Shown here piece by piece: positions 29,353 to 39,029 of a DNA stretch of 64,000 bases. The DNA comes from an uncultured Acidobacteriota bacterium (GTDB lineage Bacteria > Acidobacteriota > UBA6911). The DNA is taken from positions 128,001 through 192,000 of the forward strand of contig CAWEJX010000007.1 of NCBI GenBank assembly GCA_963809485.1, in the 5' to 3' direction. Each line of letters starts with the position of its first letter. Position 1 is the first letter of the stretch. The notes under the pieces are model-generated. The model made no database searches, was not told the origin of the DNA, and saw only the letters and a program-made list of their open reading frames with translations. Position numbers and translations under genes: made by a program.

Positions 29353-29895
29353 ATGAGAAAGCCATATCTTTTTAATCCGCTCTTTCATCTATCGGCAACG
29401 CTTTTGTTCGTTGGGATCATGCTTGGATCTCCTGAGAGCGGAAGGCTCGCGATGGCTGCAGAAAAATTGGCCGGGGACCAAGCTTCGGAGTCGAAACAGG
29501 CTGATCCGCCCCAAAAACCGATAGTTCATCCCGAAGTACCCAGAATTCCGGCGTTGGAAGTCAAAGAAATGCTCGCCAAGAAGGCAGATTTTGTAATCGT
29601 GGATACGAATCCTGCGGATTTCTTCGATATGTGGCACATTCCGACGGCTATCAACATACCCTATATAATAATGATGCATAATCCGGGTAAACGCGAGAGC
29701 ATGGTTTCGGCTCTCCCCAAAGATAAACTGATTGTGCTTTATTGCCTATGCGAGGAAGGTGCCGACAGCTCTGAGGTGGCATTGATACTGAGAAGTATGG
29801 ATTTCCGCCGGGATAAGATAAAAGTGCTGGAAGGCGGCATGATCAAGTGGGATGAGGCGGGCTATCCTATGATTAAAAACGAAGTGCCCGAGTAG
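29353..29895 (+). CDS. Exported rhodanese-domain protein
   Basis: Hydrophobic N-terminal signal, HIPTAINIP, YCLCEEG active-site loop and VLEGGMIKW. Confidence 0.85.
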   Translation: MRKPYLFNPLFHLSATLLFVGIMLGSPESGRLAMAAEKLAGDQASESKQADPPQKPIVHPEVPRIPALEVKEMLAKKADFVIVDTNPADFFDMWHIPTAINIPYIIMMHNPGKRESMVSALPKDKLIVLYCLCEEGADSSEVALILRSMDFRRDKIKVLEGGMIKWDEAGYPMIKNEVPE

Positions 29896-30069
29896 ACCGG
29901 TTTGGATCAGGCGGGTTTAGATCTCAAAGCAAACTTAGAAAACATCAAGCCTAAATGGAAGGCCTTTCACCCCGCTATATAGCACGAATGCGAATGGAGC
30001 TTTAAATTCCCTGTTTGGCCACAACTCCGGGCGATCTCAAACCCGTGTTCCCTGGACAGTGATCCTTCG

Positions 30070-30480
30070 CTATGTATTGGCAAGTACCTTGTCGACTTCA
30101 GTGGCGATTTTTTCGGCAACCGACTCGACAGCGTCTTTGTCTACTTGCGATGCATTGCGAGATGAACGGCTGCAACTCGCAGCGGTTGTTCTCAGAATTT
30201 CTGAGACCACGATTTCGCCGGTTACAGGGCCACTGTGCTTTTCGGTGCCCCATTTGGCACATTGCTTCGTGCAGCCATCGATAGCGATGGTTGGGTGTGT
30301 TTTTGCGAAATTCCGTTCGCCCTCCTCCCCGGCCAGGAACAACGGCAGGCATAGGGTCACTGTTTTGCCTGGTCGCAGAGATTCCAGCACGCGCCGAACC
30401 GCCAGGCGGGCTATTGTTCCTTCGGGAATCGCTTCGCCGCTGCATGAGATAATTCCTGCCTTCGTGATTTCTTTGCTCAC
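30070..30480 (-). CDS. DGC-domain putative zinc-binding protein
   Basis: IISCSG, LCLP and IAIDGCTKQCA motifs. Confidence 0.85.
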   Translation of the reverse strand: MSKEITKAGIISCSGEAIPEGTIARLAVRRVLESLRPGKTVTLCLPLFLAGEEGERNFAKTHPTIAIDGCTKQCAKWGTEKHSGPVTGEIVVSEILRTTAASCSRSSRNASQVDKDAVESVAEKIATEVDKVLANT

Positions 30481-30902
30481 TGGATTCCCTCCTTGCCGCT
30501 CCGCAGACTCGCTGCCTTATCAGCGACTTCAGCAGCAATTTCTCTGGCAATACTCCAGCCTTCATCATTCAGTTCGGTTGGACTGCCGGGTTTGGCGCCG
30601 GGGTGCTTCTTTAGGGTCTCGACAACTTCAACTGCAACAGGATTTCCCCCCGCGATCTTTACGTTCTTTTCGGCGCACGCCTTAGGGCAGCCATCGATGG
30701 TAATGCAGTGCTGAGTTTTCACAGCATCAACTACTTCAGCTTCTCCTTTCACGAGCAAACCCAAGCACACTGTTTCTGTTTGTTCCGGCGCAATTTCATC
30801 TATGACCAGGTATGTTGCTTCACGTGTCAGCAACCCATGGACTTTGCCAATCCCGCTGCACGGAATCACCAAAACTGGCTTTTTGTTCTCTCCAGACCCC
30901 AT
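30477..30902 (-). CDS. DGC-domain putative zinc-binding protein
   Basis: IPCSGIG, VCLG and ITIDGCPKACA motifs; start MGSGENK. Confidence 0.85.
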   Translation of the reverse strand: MGSGENKKPVLVIPCSGIGKVHGLLTREATYLVIDEIAPEQTETVCLGLLVKGEAEVVDAVKTQHCITIDGCPKACAEKNVKIAGGNPVAVEVVETLKKHPGAKPGSPTELNDEGWSIAREIAAEVADKAASLRSGKEGIQ

Positions 30903-30960
30903 CCAACACCCCCCTTCCAATACCTTGTTGCGTTCCGGCCCCAAACCGGGATCGATAACG

Positions 30961-31458
30961 TCATTCAGGAACTTCCTGTTTGATCATTGGATAACCCGAT
31001 TCATCCCACTTGATCAAACCGCCCTCCAAAACCTTGATTTTGTCACTGTCGTAACCCAAGCGCTTCAATTCCAATGCCATTCGGGCGCTATCGGTGCCCT
31101 CTTCACACAAGCAATAGATGACGATCAATTTATCCATCGGCAGGGCTACCAGCATCATTTCGCGATCGGTTGGATTCCCGGTGGAAATATACGGAATGTT
31201 AACAGCCGTCGGGATATGCCACATTTCATAGTTCTCTGAAGGCTGGGTGTCCAGGATGACAATATCCGCCTTTTTTGCGAGCATTGCCTTGACCTCCAAT
31301 GCGGCAATCCGCGGAACCTCGGGATGCGTCAGTGTTACCTTGGGCGATGCGCCGGTCTTAGTCTCGGAAGCTTCCGGCTGTGAGAAAAGGCTTCCGACCA
31401 AGGACGCACAAAGAGTTAGAAACATCATCGCTTCCAGCAATCTCACAGAAATCCTCAT
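30961..31458 (-). CDS. Exported rhodanese-domain protein, paralog of 29353-29895
   Basis: HPEVPRI, MWHIPTAVNIPY, YCLCEEG and VLEGGLIKWDE are nearly identical to the first copy. Confidence 0.85.
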   Translation of the reverse strand: MRISVRLLEAMMFLTLCASLVGSLFSQPEASETKTGASPKVTLTHPEVPRIAALEVKAMLAKKADIVILDTQPSENYEMWHIPTAVNIPYISTGNPTDREMMLVALPMDKLIVIYCLCEEGTDSARMALELKRLGYDSDKIKVLEGGLIKWDESGYPMIKQEVPE

Positions 31459-31507
31459 TTTTGTTCATTCTCCGGTCAAATTGGAGCCTCGAAAACTTTA
31501 TTGAGGT

Positions 31508-32779
31508 TTAGGGACACTGGATGACACCTTGTGCCCACAGGCAGCCACCGCATGCGGGTATAGGGCTGCCGATGCAGTCCTCCTGGTTTGATTCGAACAA
31601 TTCACAGCCGCCGCAAATGATGCATGGAGAGAAATTGAATTCCTGTAGCCGCCTGCGTAACGCGAGATACTCCGGCTTGTTCCATATTTGTTCGATACTT
31701 CGATTCAGCACATTTCCCACAACGTGGCGTTTTATGGATCGCTGGTAACTATAGAGATACATCTTATGCTCGTGCATCAATGCCAGGCAGGGACTAACAT
31801 CGCCATCCCATCGGATAGCCAAAGCCCCCTTTTCGACAAAAGGACAGCGGTTATTGCTTGCGGCCAGATTGCCTCCGGCAAAGTTCAACGCATGGTCACC
31901 GCGCAATACCTGGAAAATCGCCTCGCGAGTCGCAGGACCGACATCCATCTTTGGAAATTCAAGATAGCGCAATAATGGCGCAGAGGTATAAATGGAATCG
32001 GATACTGCGTGCGAATATAAAATTTCATTCTGCATTTCAGGCGTGTACGGGAGGACGTTTGTCACCATAAAATGGAGGGAGCCCAATCTGTTGGCGAGAC
32101 TGAGGACCGCAGGCAGATCTGCAATATTGCGCTTCATCGCCACGAACACAATCCCGATTTGCGGCTTAAGGTGCAGATCAAAAAACTCAGGCATATACTT
32201 CTGCCATCGTGCATGACGAAATTCATGCAGGTTGTTAACCACCTCAGGCAAAGCCGCCCCGAGGCGCACATCTGTATAGCTTTCGGGCGTGGCACCATCC
32301 AGGGAAACCCACAGTTTGTCCAGACCGATAGCAACCAGTTCCGTCGAAACTTCTTTGCTAAGCAGCATCCCATTTGTAATCAGCTCGACCTTGGAACCGA
32401 GCGCTTTGGCTTCTCTCACCATGCGCAGGATATTAGGATGTGACAGCGGTTCGCCGAGCCCGCCGAAAAAGATATCGGGAGGTGGATCGTAAGAGCGCAA
32501 TCCTTCGATTATTCTCGAGTAAGTATCGGAACTCATCGTCCCCAAGGGTTCATCCCAGCTATTGCGAATGCAGGTTACGCAATCCAGGTTGCAGCGATTG
32601 GTGGGCTCAATATATACCTTCGCCAGCTTGGTCACTGGCCTGAGAATGGTTAGTCTGTTCGTATTCCCTTCGATCCGGATTTTTGCCCCGGAGGTTAATC
32701 CATACTGCCTGGCAATGTCCGGAGGGAAAATGAGGGATCCATCTCTTTGAATATCAATTACAGGGTCTTTATCCTTCAT
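31508..32779 (-). CDS. Radical SAM/SPASM protein with AbrB-like N-terminal domain
   Basis: CNLDCVTC, GGLGEPL and a Cys-rich tail (CPF..SPC..CIICGGC..DC..CGGCLWAQGVIQCP); N-terminal DGSLIFPPDIARQYGL. Confidence 0.88.
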   Translation of the reverse strand: MKDKDPVIDIQRDGSLIFPPDIARQYGLTSGAKIRIEGNTNRLTILRPVTKLAKVYIEPTNRCNLDCVTCIRNSWDEPLGTMSSDTYSRIIEGLRSYDPPPDIFFGGLGEPLSHPNILRMVREAKALGSKVELITNGMLLSKEVSTELVAIGLDKLWVSLDGATPESYTDVRLGAALPEVVNNLHEFRHARWQKYMPEFFDLHLKPQIGIVFVAMKRNIADLPAVLSLANRLGSLHFMVTNVLPYTPEMQNEILYSHAVSDSIYTSAPLLRYLEFPKMDVGPATREAIFQVLRGDHALNFAGGNLAASNNRCPFVEKGALAIRWDGDVSPCLALMHEHKMYLYSYQRSIKRHVVGNVLNRSIEQIWNKPEYLALRRRLQEFNFSPCIICGGCELFESNQEDCIGSPIPACGGCLWAQGVIQCP

Positions 32780-32803
32780 GGAAAGCCTTCAACCGAAGTT
32801 GCT

Positions 32804-33490
32804 TCAGAATCCCATCAGGTTCTTTAAGAGAAGATAGATACCGGCGCCAATGAAAATTACGGCCGTCAATTTGCGCACCCATTTCTCGATTTGAGTCAAT
32901 TTGTCGAAAATCTTCCCAATGGACTTCACGCTGAAAACCATCACAAGCGCGAAAGCAACGACAGGGAGCGCTGTCCCCAGTCCATAGACGGACGGCATCA
33001 TAACGGCGGATTTGCCATCGATTGCCAGTGGGATCAGGCTGCCAAAAAACAGAGCTGCCGAAAGCGGGCAGAAAGTCAGAGCAAAAATGATTCCCAGAAG
33101 CCCGGATCCCCACATCCCCCATTTGCCGGCTTTCTCTTGAACGGAATTGCTGACCAGAGACGCTGAGAATGAAATGGGGATTACATCCAACAGGATGATG
33201 CCGACGATTATCAGCAGGGGCCCAATAATTTTGTGCATATTCGATTCAAGGAAGAAAGATACTTCCGGCAGGGAGAGCAGGCTGGCAACCGCCAGGACCG
33301 CGATAGCAACATACGTGAGCATTCTGCCTGCCGCATAAAGCAATCCGCTCCATAAAACCTTTTTTGATGATCCCAGATTCCTTGATATGAAGGAGACGGC
33401 CGCGATGTTTGTGGCCAGGGGACACGGGCTGATTGAAGTCAGAATCCCGAGCCAAAAGGCGGAGAAGATATCCAGGTAGTAATTCGGCAT
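32804..33490 (-). CDS. ArsG-like (CcdA/DsbD-fold) membrane protein
   Basis: LGILTSISPCPLATNIAA and FALTFCPLSAALFFG motifs. Confidence 0.82.
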   Translation of the reverse strand: MPNYYLDIFSAFWLGILTSISPCPLATNIAAVSFISRNLGSSKKVLWSGLLYAAGRMLTYVAIAVLAVASLLSLPEVSFFLESNMHKIIGPLLIIVGIILLDVIPISFSASLVSNSVQEKAGKWGMWGSGLLGIIFALTFCPLSAALFFGSLIPLAIDGKSAVMMPSVYGLGTALPVVAFALVMVFSVKSIGKIFDKLTQIEKWVRKLTAVIFIGAGIYLLLKNLMGF

Positions 33491-33503
33491 GAACCTTTCC
33501 TCT

Positions 33504-33950
33504 CTAGCCTTTGGCCAGGTAGCTCCGGACTTCTTTTCGCACGTAATTGAGGAAGGCGTCTTTGCGCCCCGTTAATTGCCACACCATTTTCAGGTTCGTC
33601 CACTCGGTTTGTTTCCCATTAACCGTATTCACCAGGACAAGCGATTTGGATACAAGTTTGTAGTCCTGCATGAAATGCTGATTTTCCGGCTTCTCATAAT
33701 TAACAATCCGCATTTCCAGAGTTCCGTTCTTCAGCTCTTCAGGAAAACCCTTTTCGATCGCTTCTTTCGAATAGGCCTCGATTTTCATGCAGGTGCTGCA
33801 ACGGTAATCGGTATGAAAATAATAGGCGATCACCTTATGGGCTCCTGCTGTCGTAGGGGCTTTCTGAGCCAATACGCTTACTGCTGGATATACGACGGCA
33901 ACAGCCAATCCTAGAAAAAACAAACATCTCAAGAAATACTTATTGATCAT
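33504..33950 (-). CDS. ArsF-like exported thioredoxin-fold protein
   Basis: Signal peptide, YYFH..YRCSTC.KIE and W.NL..VWQL motifs. Confidence 0.8.
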   Translation of the reverse strand: MINKYFLRCLFFLGLAVAVVYPAVSVLAQKAPTTAGAHKVIAYYFHTDYRCSTCMKIEAYSKEAIEKGFPEELKNGTLEMRIVNYEKPENQHFMQDYKLVSKSLVLVNTVNGKQTEWTNLKMVWQLTGRKDAFLNYVRKEVRSYLAKG

Positions 33951-34022
33951 CGTAGCCTTCCTCCAATTACTTTGCTTCTTTAGCTATACATCCATCGGGT
34001 TGACAACATCCTGCTGATGACG

Positions 34023-34427
34023 TTAGAAAGTTTTTCCCACGATCGAAACGGAAGACTTCACCTCAACGGGATACTGATACAGGAGACATTCCCCCTTCTG
34101 AACAGCCTTTTGCAGTCGCGCTGAATCCGCTTTCAGAACCTCATCGAAGGGACAACACTTATCCAGGAGTTCGTAAAGAGCTGCAATTTGAGGTGTATCT
34201 GCCGATGCCAGTGAATAAATGATTTTATTCCCACTCCGGCTATCCATAACCACTCCGGCATGCCTCAATCCGGCCAGGTGTCGTGACACTGTCGATTGAG
34301 GGATCTGAAGCACGGCTTGAAGCTCACACACACAAATGCTGCCCAATCTCAGCAGATTGAGAAGCCTGAGTCGTGTAGGGTCCGATACAGCCTTGAACAA
34401 TTGATCCAGTCGATCTGGTTTCATCAT
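34023..34427 (-). CDS. arsR: ArsR/SmtB-family regulator
   Basis: FKAVSDPTRLRLL, ICVCEL and QSTVSRHL motifs. Confidence 0.88.
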   Translation of the reverse strand: MMKPDRLDQLFKAVSDPTRLRLLNLLRLGSICVCELQAVLQIPQSTVSRHLAGLRHAGVVMDSRSGNKIIYSLASADTPQIAALYELLDKCCPFDEVLKADSARLQKAVQKGECLLYQYPVEVKSSVSIVGKTF

Positions 34428-34558
34428 TATGCACCGCTGTCTATGGACAGGTTGAGAATAGCATGGAAATAGAAGACTCCCGTACCGTTGCCCGGATGCC
34501 TTTGGCTAAACCTAAGATATTGCGTTATTTGGGCCTGCAGCATTTATGGAAATAGTCC

Positions 34559-34656
34559 TTGACTACATTCGTTAAACCGGATATATGAATGCAAATCAAG
34601 GAGATCAAACTGAAAGAAACAGCCGGTTCTTTATTGTACTCGCCGATGAGACTCGA
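34559..34656 (+). pseudogene. Orphan ars promoter/operator plus 5' stub of an arsR paralog
   Basis: TTGAC..CATTCGT..AACCGGATAT.TGAAT matches 38976-39007. After an AAGGAG RBS, restoring one base gives (M)KETARFFIVLADETR, compared with [16 protein letters not shown] of the 39030 arsR. Confidence 0.7.
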
Positions 34657-34707
34657 TGGTCCAAAGATCTCGACTCTGATACCTTTCAACCGCACGCCGG
34701 CACGCTG

Positions 34708-36903
34708 CTAGACAGTATTAGCGGCGGCGTTGATTCTCTCCGGCGTCATGGGCATTTGTAAAAGGCGGACGCCGATAGCATCAAAGATCGCGTTGGCAAT
34801 GACTCCGCCAACGGGGACGATCGGCGGTTCTCCTCCGCCCTGAGGGGTTAGTTCGTCATTCTTGACCAGGAATGCATCAATTTCGGGCAGCCAGGAAAAT
34901 CGGGGCACCTTGTAATTATGAAAGTTGGTGGTGAACAGCTGGCCACCCCTGAAGCTGATGTCCTCCGACAGAGCATATCCAAGGCCCATCATGATGCATC
35001 CTTCCATCTGCATCCTGGCTCCCTCGGGGGAGATGGCGACGCCCATATCCTGGGCGGCGAAGATTCTCTTAACCTTTACGTTGCCCTTATCCATCTTGAT
35101 TTCGGCTATTTCGGCGACATAGGCTCCGGCATCAATGCCGCAGGCGATCCCATATCCACGACCACTCGGACTCGCTGCGGGTTTATAACCAAAACGTTGG
35201 GCGACAACTTCAAGAACACGGCGCATGCGTGGATCTGAAGTATTTTTCAAGCGGAATTCCAAAGGATCCATCTTCAGCTTTGCAGCCATGATGTCGATCT
35301 GTGATTCTCTGGCAAAAACATTAATGTTTGCTCCGGGCGCTCGCCATGCACCGGTGGCAAATATATGGGCTTTGGATGTATCCATCATCCAACTGCCGTA
35401 AGTGCTCATAAGATTGTTGGGCACGTCATAAAACTGCTCGGCGCTTCTCGATCCTGCATAATAGACGTGGTAATCCCAGAGGCAGATCTTCCCCGCATTA
35501 TCGACACCCGACCTAATCTTTACGACTGCAGCCGGGCGGAAGGCATCATAAAAGAATTCTTCATCACGATTGTAGGAAACCTGAATGGGTTTTCCCGTGA
35601 TTTTTGCCAGGCGCGCAGCTTCAACAGCTTGAAGGTTGGTACTCTTTCCGCCGAATCCGCCGCCGACATACGGAGTGATGACGCGGACGTTTTGAGGAGC
35701 AAGCTTTAAGGCTCTTGCGATTTCCTGTTGGCCCGGGAATGGGGTTTGCGTGGACATCCAGACGGTCATTTTGTCCCCGTCCAGTTTTGCGCACGCGGTA
35801 TGAGTTTCAATGGAGGCATGGGCGCCGTAGCCGTTCAAATATGTTTGCTCAAAAATGGCGGTAGAGGCTTTCTCGCCCGCGGCAAGATCTCCCTTCCGCT
35901 CCATTTGCTGGGGCTTAGGCGCTACCTTGACGATGTGGTCGAAAATTGTATGTTCATCAACCGTCGGAGTTGGAACATCAAACTCAGCCTTAATGCTCGC
36001 ACGAGCGCTTTCCGCTGTTTCAGGATCCGGATGCAGAACCGCGATCAACCCCTCCTCATTAACAACGATAACACCTGGGATTTTTTCGGCTGCCGAGGTA
36101 TCTGCATGTTTCAAGGTGGCTCCATGTGCAGGCGGACGCAGTACTTTTGCATACAGCAAGCCCGGGAATCGAATATCTCCTGCGAATTGGGCTTTCCCCA
36201 TTACTTTTGCACGCACGTCAAAGCGCAGCGGAGATTTTCCGATCACCGCAAATTCTGAAGCGGATTTGAGTACGGCTTTTTGCTCAAGCTTGCGCGTGAT
36301 TTTCTGGCCTTTGGTGAGCTGGGCGAAAGTCACTTGCGTCTTTTTGTCGGAGATTGGGAAAACGACGCCGTTCTCAACTTGCAGCTTCGCTTTGGGCATT
36401 TTCAATTGTTCTGCAGCAATCTCTAACAAAATTGCTTTCGCCTCGGCGGCTGCGGACCTTAGCGCAGCACCGTAAATACGGATCGACATCGAGCCGAAAG
36501 TTCCCATATCCCAGGGACACAAATCCGTATCTCCCATGATCATATTGATGGCATCCAAGGATACGCCGAGCTCTTCTGCGGCCATTTGGGCCAGGGCAGT
36601 GGTGTTTCCCTGGCCTTGCTCGATTTTGCCCGAAAAGACCGTCACCTTGCCGTCTTCGCCTATTCTCAAGTAGGCATTGAGATCGGACGCGGCAGCACCC
36701 ATTCCCGGCGGTCGGCCGAATCCCGGAGGGGGGCCCTGTTGTCCCGCTCCCGGCGGGCCTTGCTGCGCTGAAGAGGGCGAGTCGACGGTGAAGAATATAA
36801 TAATCCCACCCCCGAGGAGCTTTATGAAGTCGCGCCGGTCAAATACGTCCGTCCCGGGCGTTTCGATAGCTTTGGATCTTTCGTTTCCCATGGTGTGCCT
36901 CAT
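34708..36903 (-). CDS. Xanthine-oxidase-family Mo-hydroxylase large subunit (isoquinoline 1-oxidoreductase beta type)
   Basis: DRRDFIK Tat-like motif, GKIEQGQG, GGGFGGK, WRAPG, QMEG and GGGEPP motifs. Confidence 0.9.
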   Translation of the reverse strand: MRHTMGNERSKAIETPGTDVFDRRDFIKLLGGGIIIFFTVDSPSSAQQGPPGAGQQGPPPGFGRPPGMGAAASDLNAYLRIGEDGKVTVFSGKIEQGQGNTTALAQMAAEELGVSLDAINMIMGDTDLCPWDMGTFGSMSIRIYGAALRSAAAEAKAILLEIAAEQLKMPKAKLQVENGVVFPISDKKTQVTFAQLTKGQKITRKLEQKAVLKSASEFAVIGKSPLRFDVRAKVMGKAQFAGDIRFPGLLYAKVLRPPAHGATLKHADTSAAEKIPGVIVVNEEGLIAVLHPDPETAESARASIKAEFDVPTPTVDEHTIFDHIVKVAPKPQQMERKGDLAAGEKASTAIFEQTYLNGYGAHASIETHTACAKLDGDKMTVWMSTQTPFPGQQEIARALKLAPQNVRVITPYVGGGFGGKSTNLQAVEAARLAKITGKPIQVSYNRDEEFFYDAFRPAAVVKIRSGVDNAGKICLWDYHVYYAGSRSAEQFYDVPNNLMSTYGSWMMDTSKAHIFATGAWRAPGANINVFARESQIDIMAAKLKMDPLEFRLKNTSDPRMRRVLEVVAQRFGYKPAASPSGRGYGIACGIDAGAYVAEIAEIKMDKGNVKVKRIFAAQDMGVAISPEGARMQMEGCIMMGLGYALSEDISFRGGQLFTTNFHNYKVPRFSWLPEIDAFLVKNDELTPQGGGEPPIVPVGGVIANAIFDAIGVRLLQMPMTPERINAAANTV

Positions 36904-37364
36904 CTCTTTGTCGAAACACTTTCGATTGCCTGGACAATTCTCTTATGGGCGCTGCAACGGCAGAGATTATTTTCCATGCCCATAATGATCTGGTCCCGGC
37001 TGAGCTTCGGGTTCTTGAGCAGCAGCGCATAGGCGTTCATTATCATACCTGGAGTGCAAAACCCACACTGGACGGCGCCATATTCGAAAAAGGCATTCTG
37101 CAGCGGATGAAGTTTTTCTCCTTGTGCCAAACCTTCGATAGTCGTGACTTCCTTGTCACGAACCGCTCGGATGGGTAGTTGACAGGATCGCACCGCCTCC
37201 TTGCCGACCAAGACCGTACATGCACCACAAAGACTCTTTCCGCAGCCATATTTCGTTCCTGTAAGTCCCAAATCCGTGCGTAGCACCCACAGGAGCTTTC
37301 TATCGCCTTCGATATTTAGGCTTGTGGATTTTCCGTTAAGTTTGAAACGAATGGTTTCTCTCAT
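36900..37364 (-). CDS. 2x[2Fe-2S] small subunit of the Mo-hydroxylase
   Basis: GTKYGCGKSLCGACTV, QCGFCTPG and NLCRC motifs; start MRETIRF. Confidence 0.92.
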   Translation of the reverse strand: MRETIRFKLNGKSTSLNIEGDRKLLWVLRTDLGLTGTKYGCGKSLCGACTVLVGKEAVRSCQLPIRAVRDKEVTTIEGLAQGEKLHPLQNAFFEYGAVQCGFCTPGMIMNAYALLLKNPKLSRDQIIMGMENNLCRCSAHKRIVQAIESVSTKR

Positions 37365-37713
37365 ATACGTACTCTCAATTGGTTGGTTTGATTGTCTGCC
37401 AATTTTATCAGACCTCAGTTCCTTAAAAATGAATATAGTCTTTTGGATTCTCAAATTTTATAGTGTTAGTGTTTGGCCTGTGCCTCGCAATCTTAGAACT
37501 ATATTTAACGACTTGTCGGTCCTATCCTCTGATGGCTGCTCCTTGGGTGCAATCTCGGTTTTAAAGCAGCCATCAGCGCGCTCTTTCTTATCGCTTTTGA
37601 TCCTCCTTTAACTGATTCGCGCGCGATCCAACACTTGACAACCAGGCTCCATTGCTGCAGCGCGGATGGGGGCGTTCCAGCACCATATTTGATCGTCTCT
37701 GCAGCTCCAATAT

Positions 37714-38772
37714 CTAGGAAAAAATGAAGTTTCCCGTAAACCAGCCGACGAAGGTTCCCAACACTGTAATCAAAAGGACATAAACAATCCCTTTTTTAAA
37801 ACCGAATACTTTCATGATCGCCAATATGTTTGGAAGACTCATTCCGGGGCCTGTCAGCAGAAGGGCCAGGGCCGGACCCTTTCCCATTCCCAAGTCCAAC
37901 ATTTTGTGAACGAAAGGAGCTTCCGTCATCGTTGCCATGTACATGATCTGGCCGATCACCGTTGCGAGGAAGGAAGCCAATATGCCGGTCCCACCCAGCC
38001 AATTTTGAACCCACTGTTGAGGTAAAAGTTTGCCAATAATCCCCACAACAAATACTCCAGCCAATAATAATGGAAGTATGATTCTCACAAACCACCATGT
38101 TTCCCGCATCCAGTTGGCAATCTCTTCCATCGACTTGGTCTTAAAGGCATAGATGCCAATCAAAATCATTCCGATTGCCCAGACATAGATCTTATGAAGA
38201 TATGGTCCTTTTTGAACCAGGTAGTTGGGAGCCAGTAGGGTTGCTACCACCAGAAGAATCAGTATTAGATCTTTGGGCGAAATAAGCTTTTTGCCCTCGC
38301 CATTCAAATGCAATGCCTTTCCAATCCGTTGAGCTTCGTCTCGACGAAAAGCATAGCTCATCACCCAACCCACCAGAAAAGCCATGGCTAGAGCGGAGAT
38401 TATCCGGAGAATCACCATCTGAGATCCCAGAATCGCTCCGGTGTAGACGATAGCCAGAATGTTTGTCGCCGGCGCCACCCAAAGAATAATGAAGGCCGCT
38501 CCAATTCCGGCGCCGCTGTAATACAAACCACCGGATACTGGAATTACGGTGCAGGAGCAGGCTGCTACAAAAAAACTCCCTCCGCTGGCTATGGCAAAGG
38601 ATTTTATTTTGTTAGCGGTCGCTCCCAAATAATGGATGATCGTTTCCTTGGAGATAAAGGAAACCATGGCACCCGCCAGTAAAAACGCGGGAATCAGGCA
38701 GGTCACGATGTGAAGAGCGATGTAGTCCTTCAGGGCATCCAATCCGGCGCGTATCAACTCAAGAACAAACAT
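37714..38772 (-). CDS. ArsP/DUF318-family permease
   Basis: CLIPAFLLAGA, AACSCTVIP, MYMATMTE and GMGKGPALALLLTGP motifs. Confidence 0.88.
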   Translation of the reverse strand: MFVLELIRAGLDALKDYIALHIVTCLIPAFLLAGAMVSFISKETIIHYLGATANKIKSFAIASGGSFFVAACSCTVIPVSGGLYYSGAGIGAAFIILWVAPATNILAIVYTGAILGSQMVILRIISALAMAFLVGWVMSYAFRRDEAQRIGKALHLNGEGKKLISPKDLILILLVVATLLAPNYLVQKGPYLHKIYVWAIGMILIGIYAFKTKSMEEIANWMRETWWFVRIILPLLLAGVFVVGIIGKLLPQQWVQNWLGGTGILASFLATVIGQIMYMATMTEAPFVHKMLDLGMGKGPALALLLTGPGMSLPNILAIMKVFGFKKGIVYVLLITVLGTFVGWFTGNFIFS

Positions 38773-38975
38773 AGACCCTTTCCCCCTTCCGCTTAGAGGC
38801 AACTATGCCAGCAGATGTTAAAAGCTCGTTGTTTAGCAAATCTGGGGCGAGGATAGCATGAGTTGGCGTGAAGGGTATCCGCATTCTCCGAGCAACTAGA
38901 TGTTGCCTCTGGAATCACCGCTTGGTTGGCCCTCAAAAACAGCATGGCGAGATTAGTTTGGATTCGCGATTTATC

Positions 38976-39008
38976 TTGACAGCATTCGTAGAACCGGATA
39001 TTTGAATA
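38976..39008 (+). promoter_or_regulatory. ars operon promoter/ArsR operator
   Basis: TTGACA followed by imperfect inverted repeat ATTCG..N..TTGAAT; a second copy lies at 34559. Confidence 0.6.
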
Positions 39009-39029
39009 TATACCTTTGGAGGGTTTATC

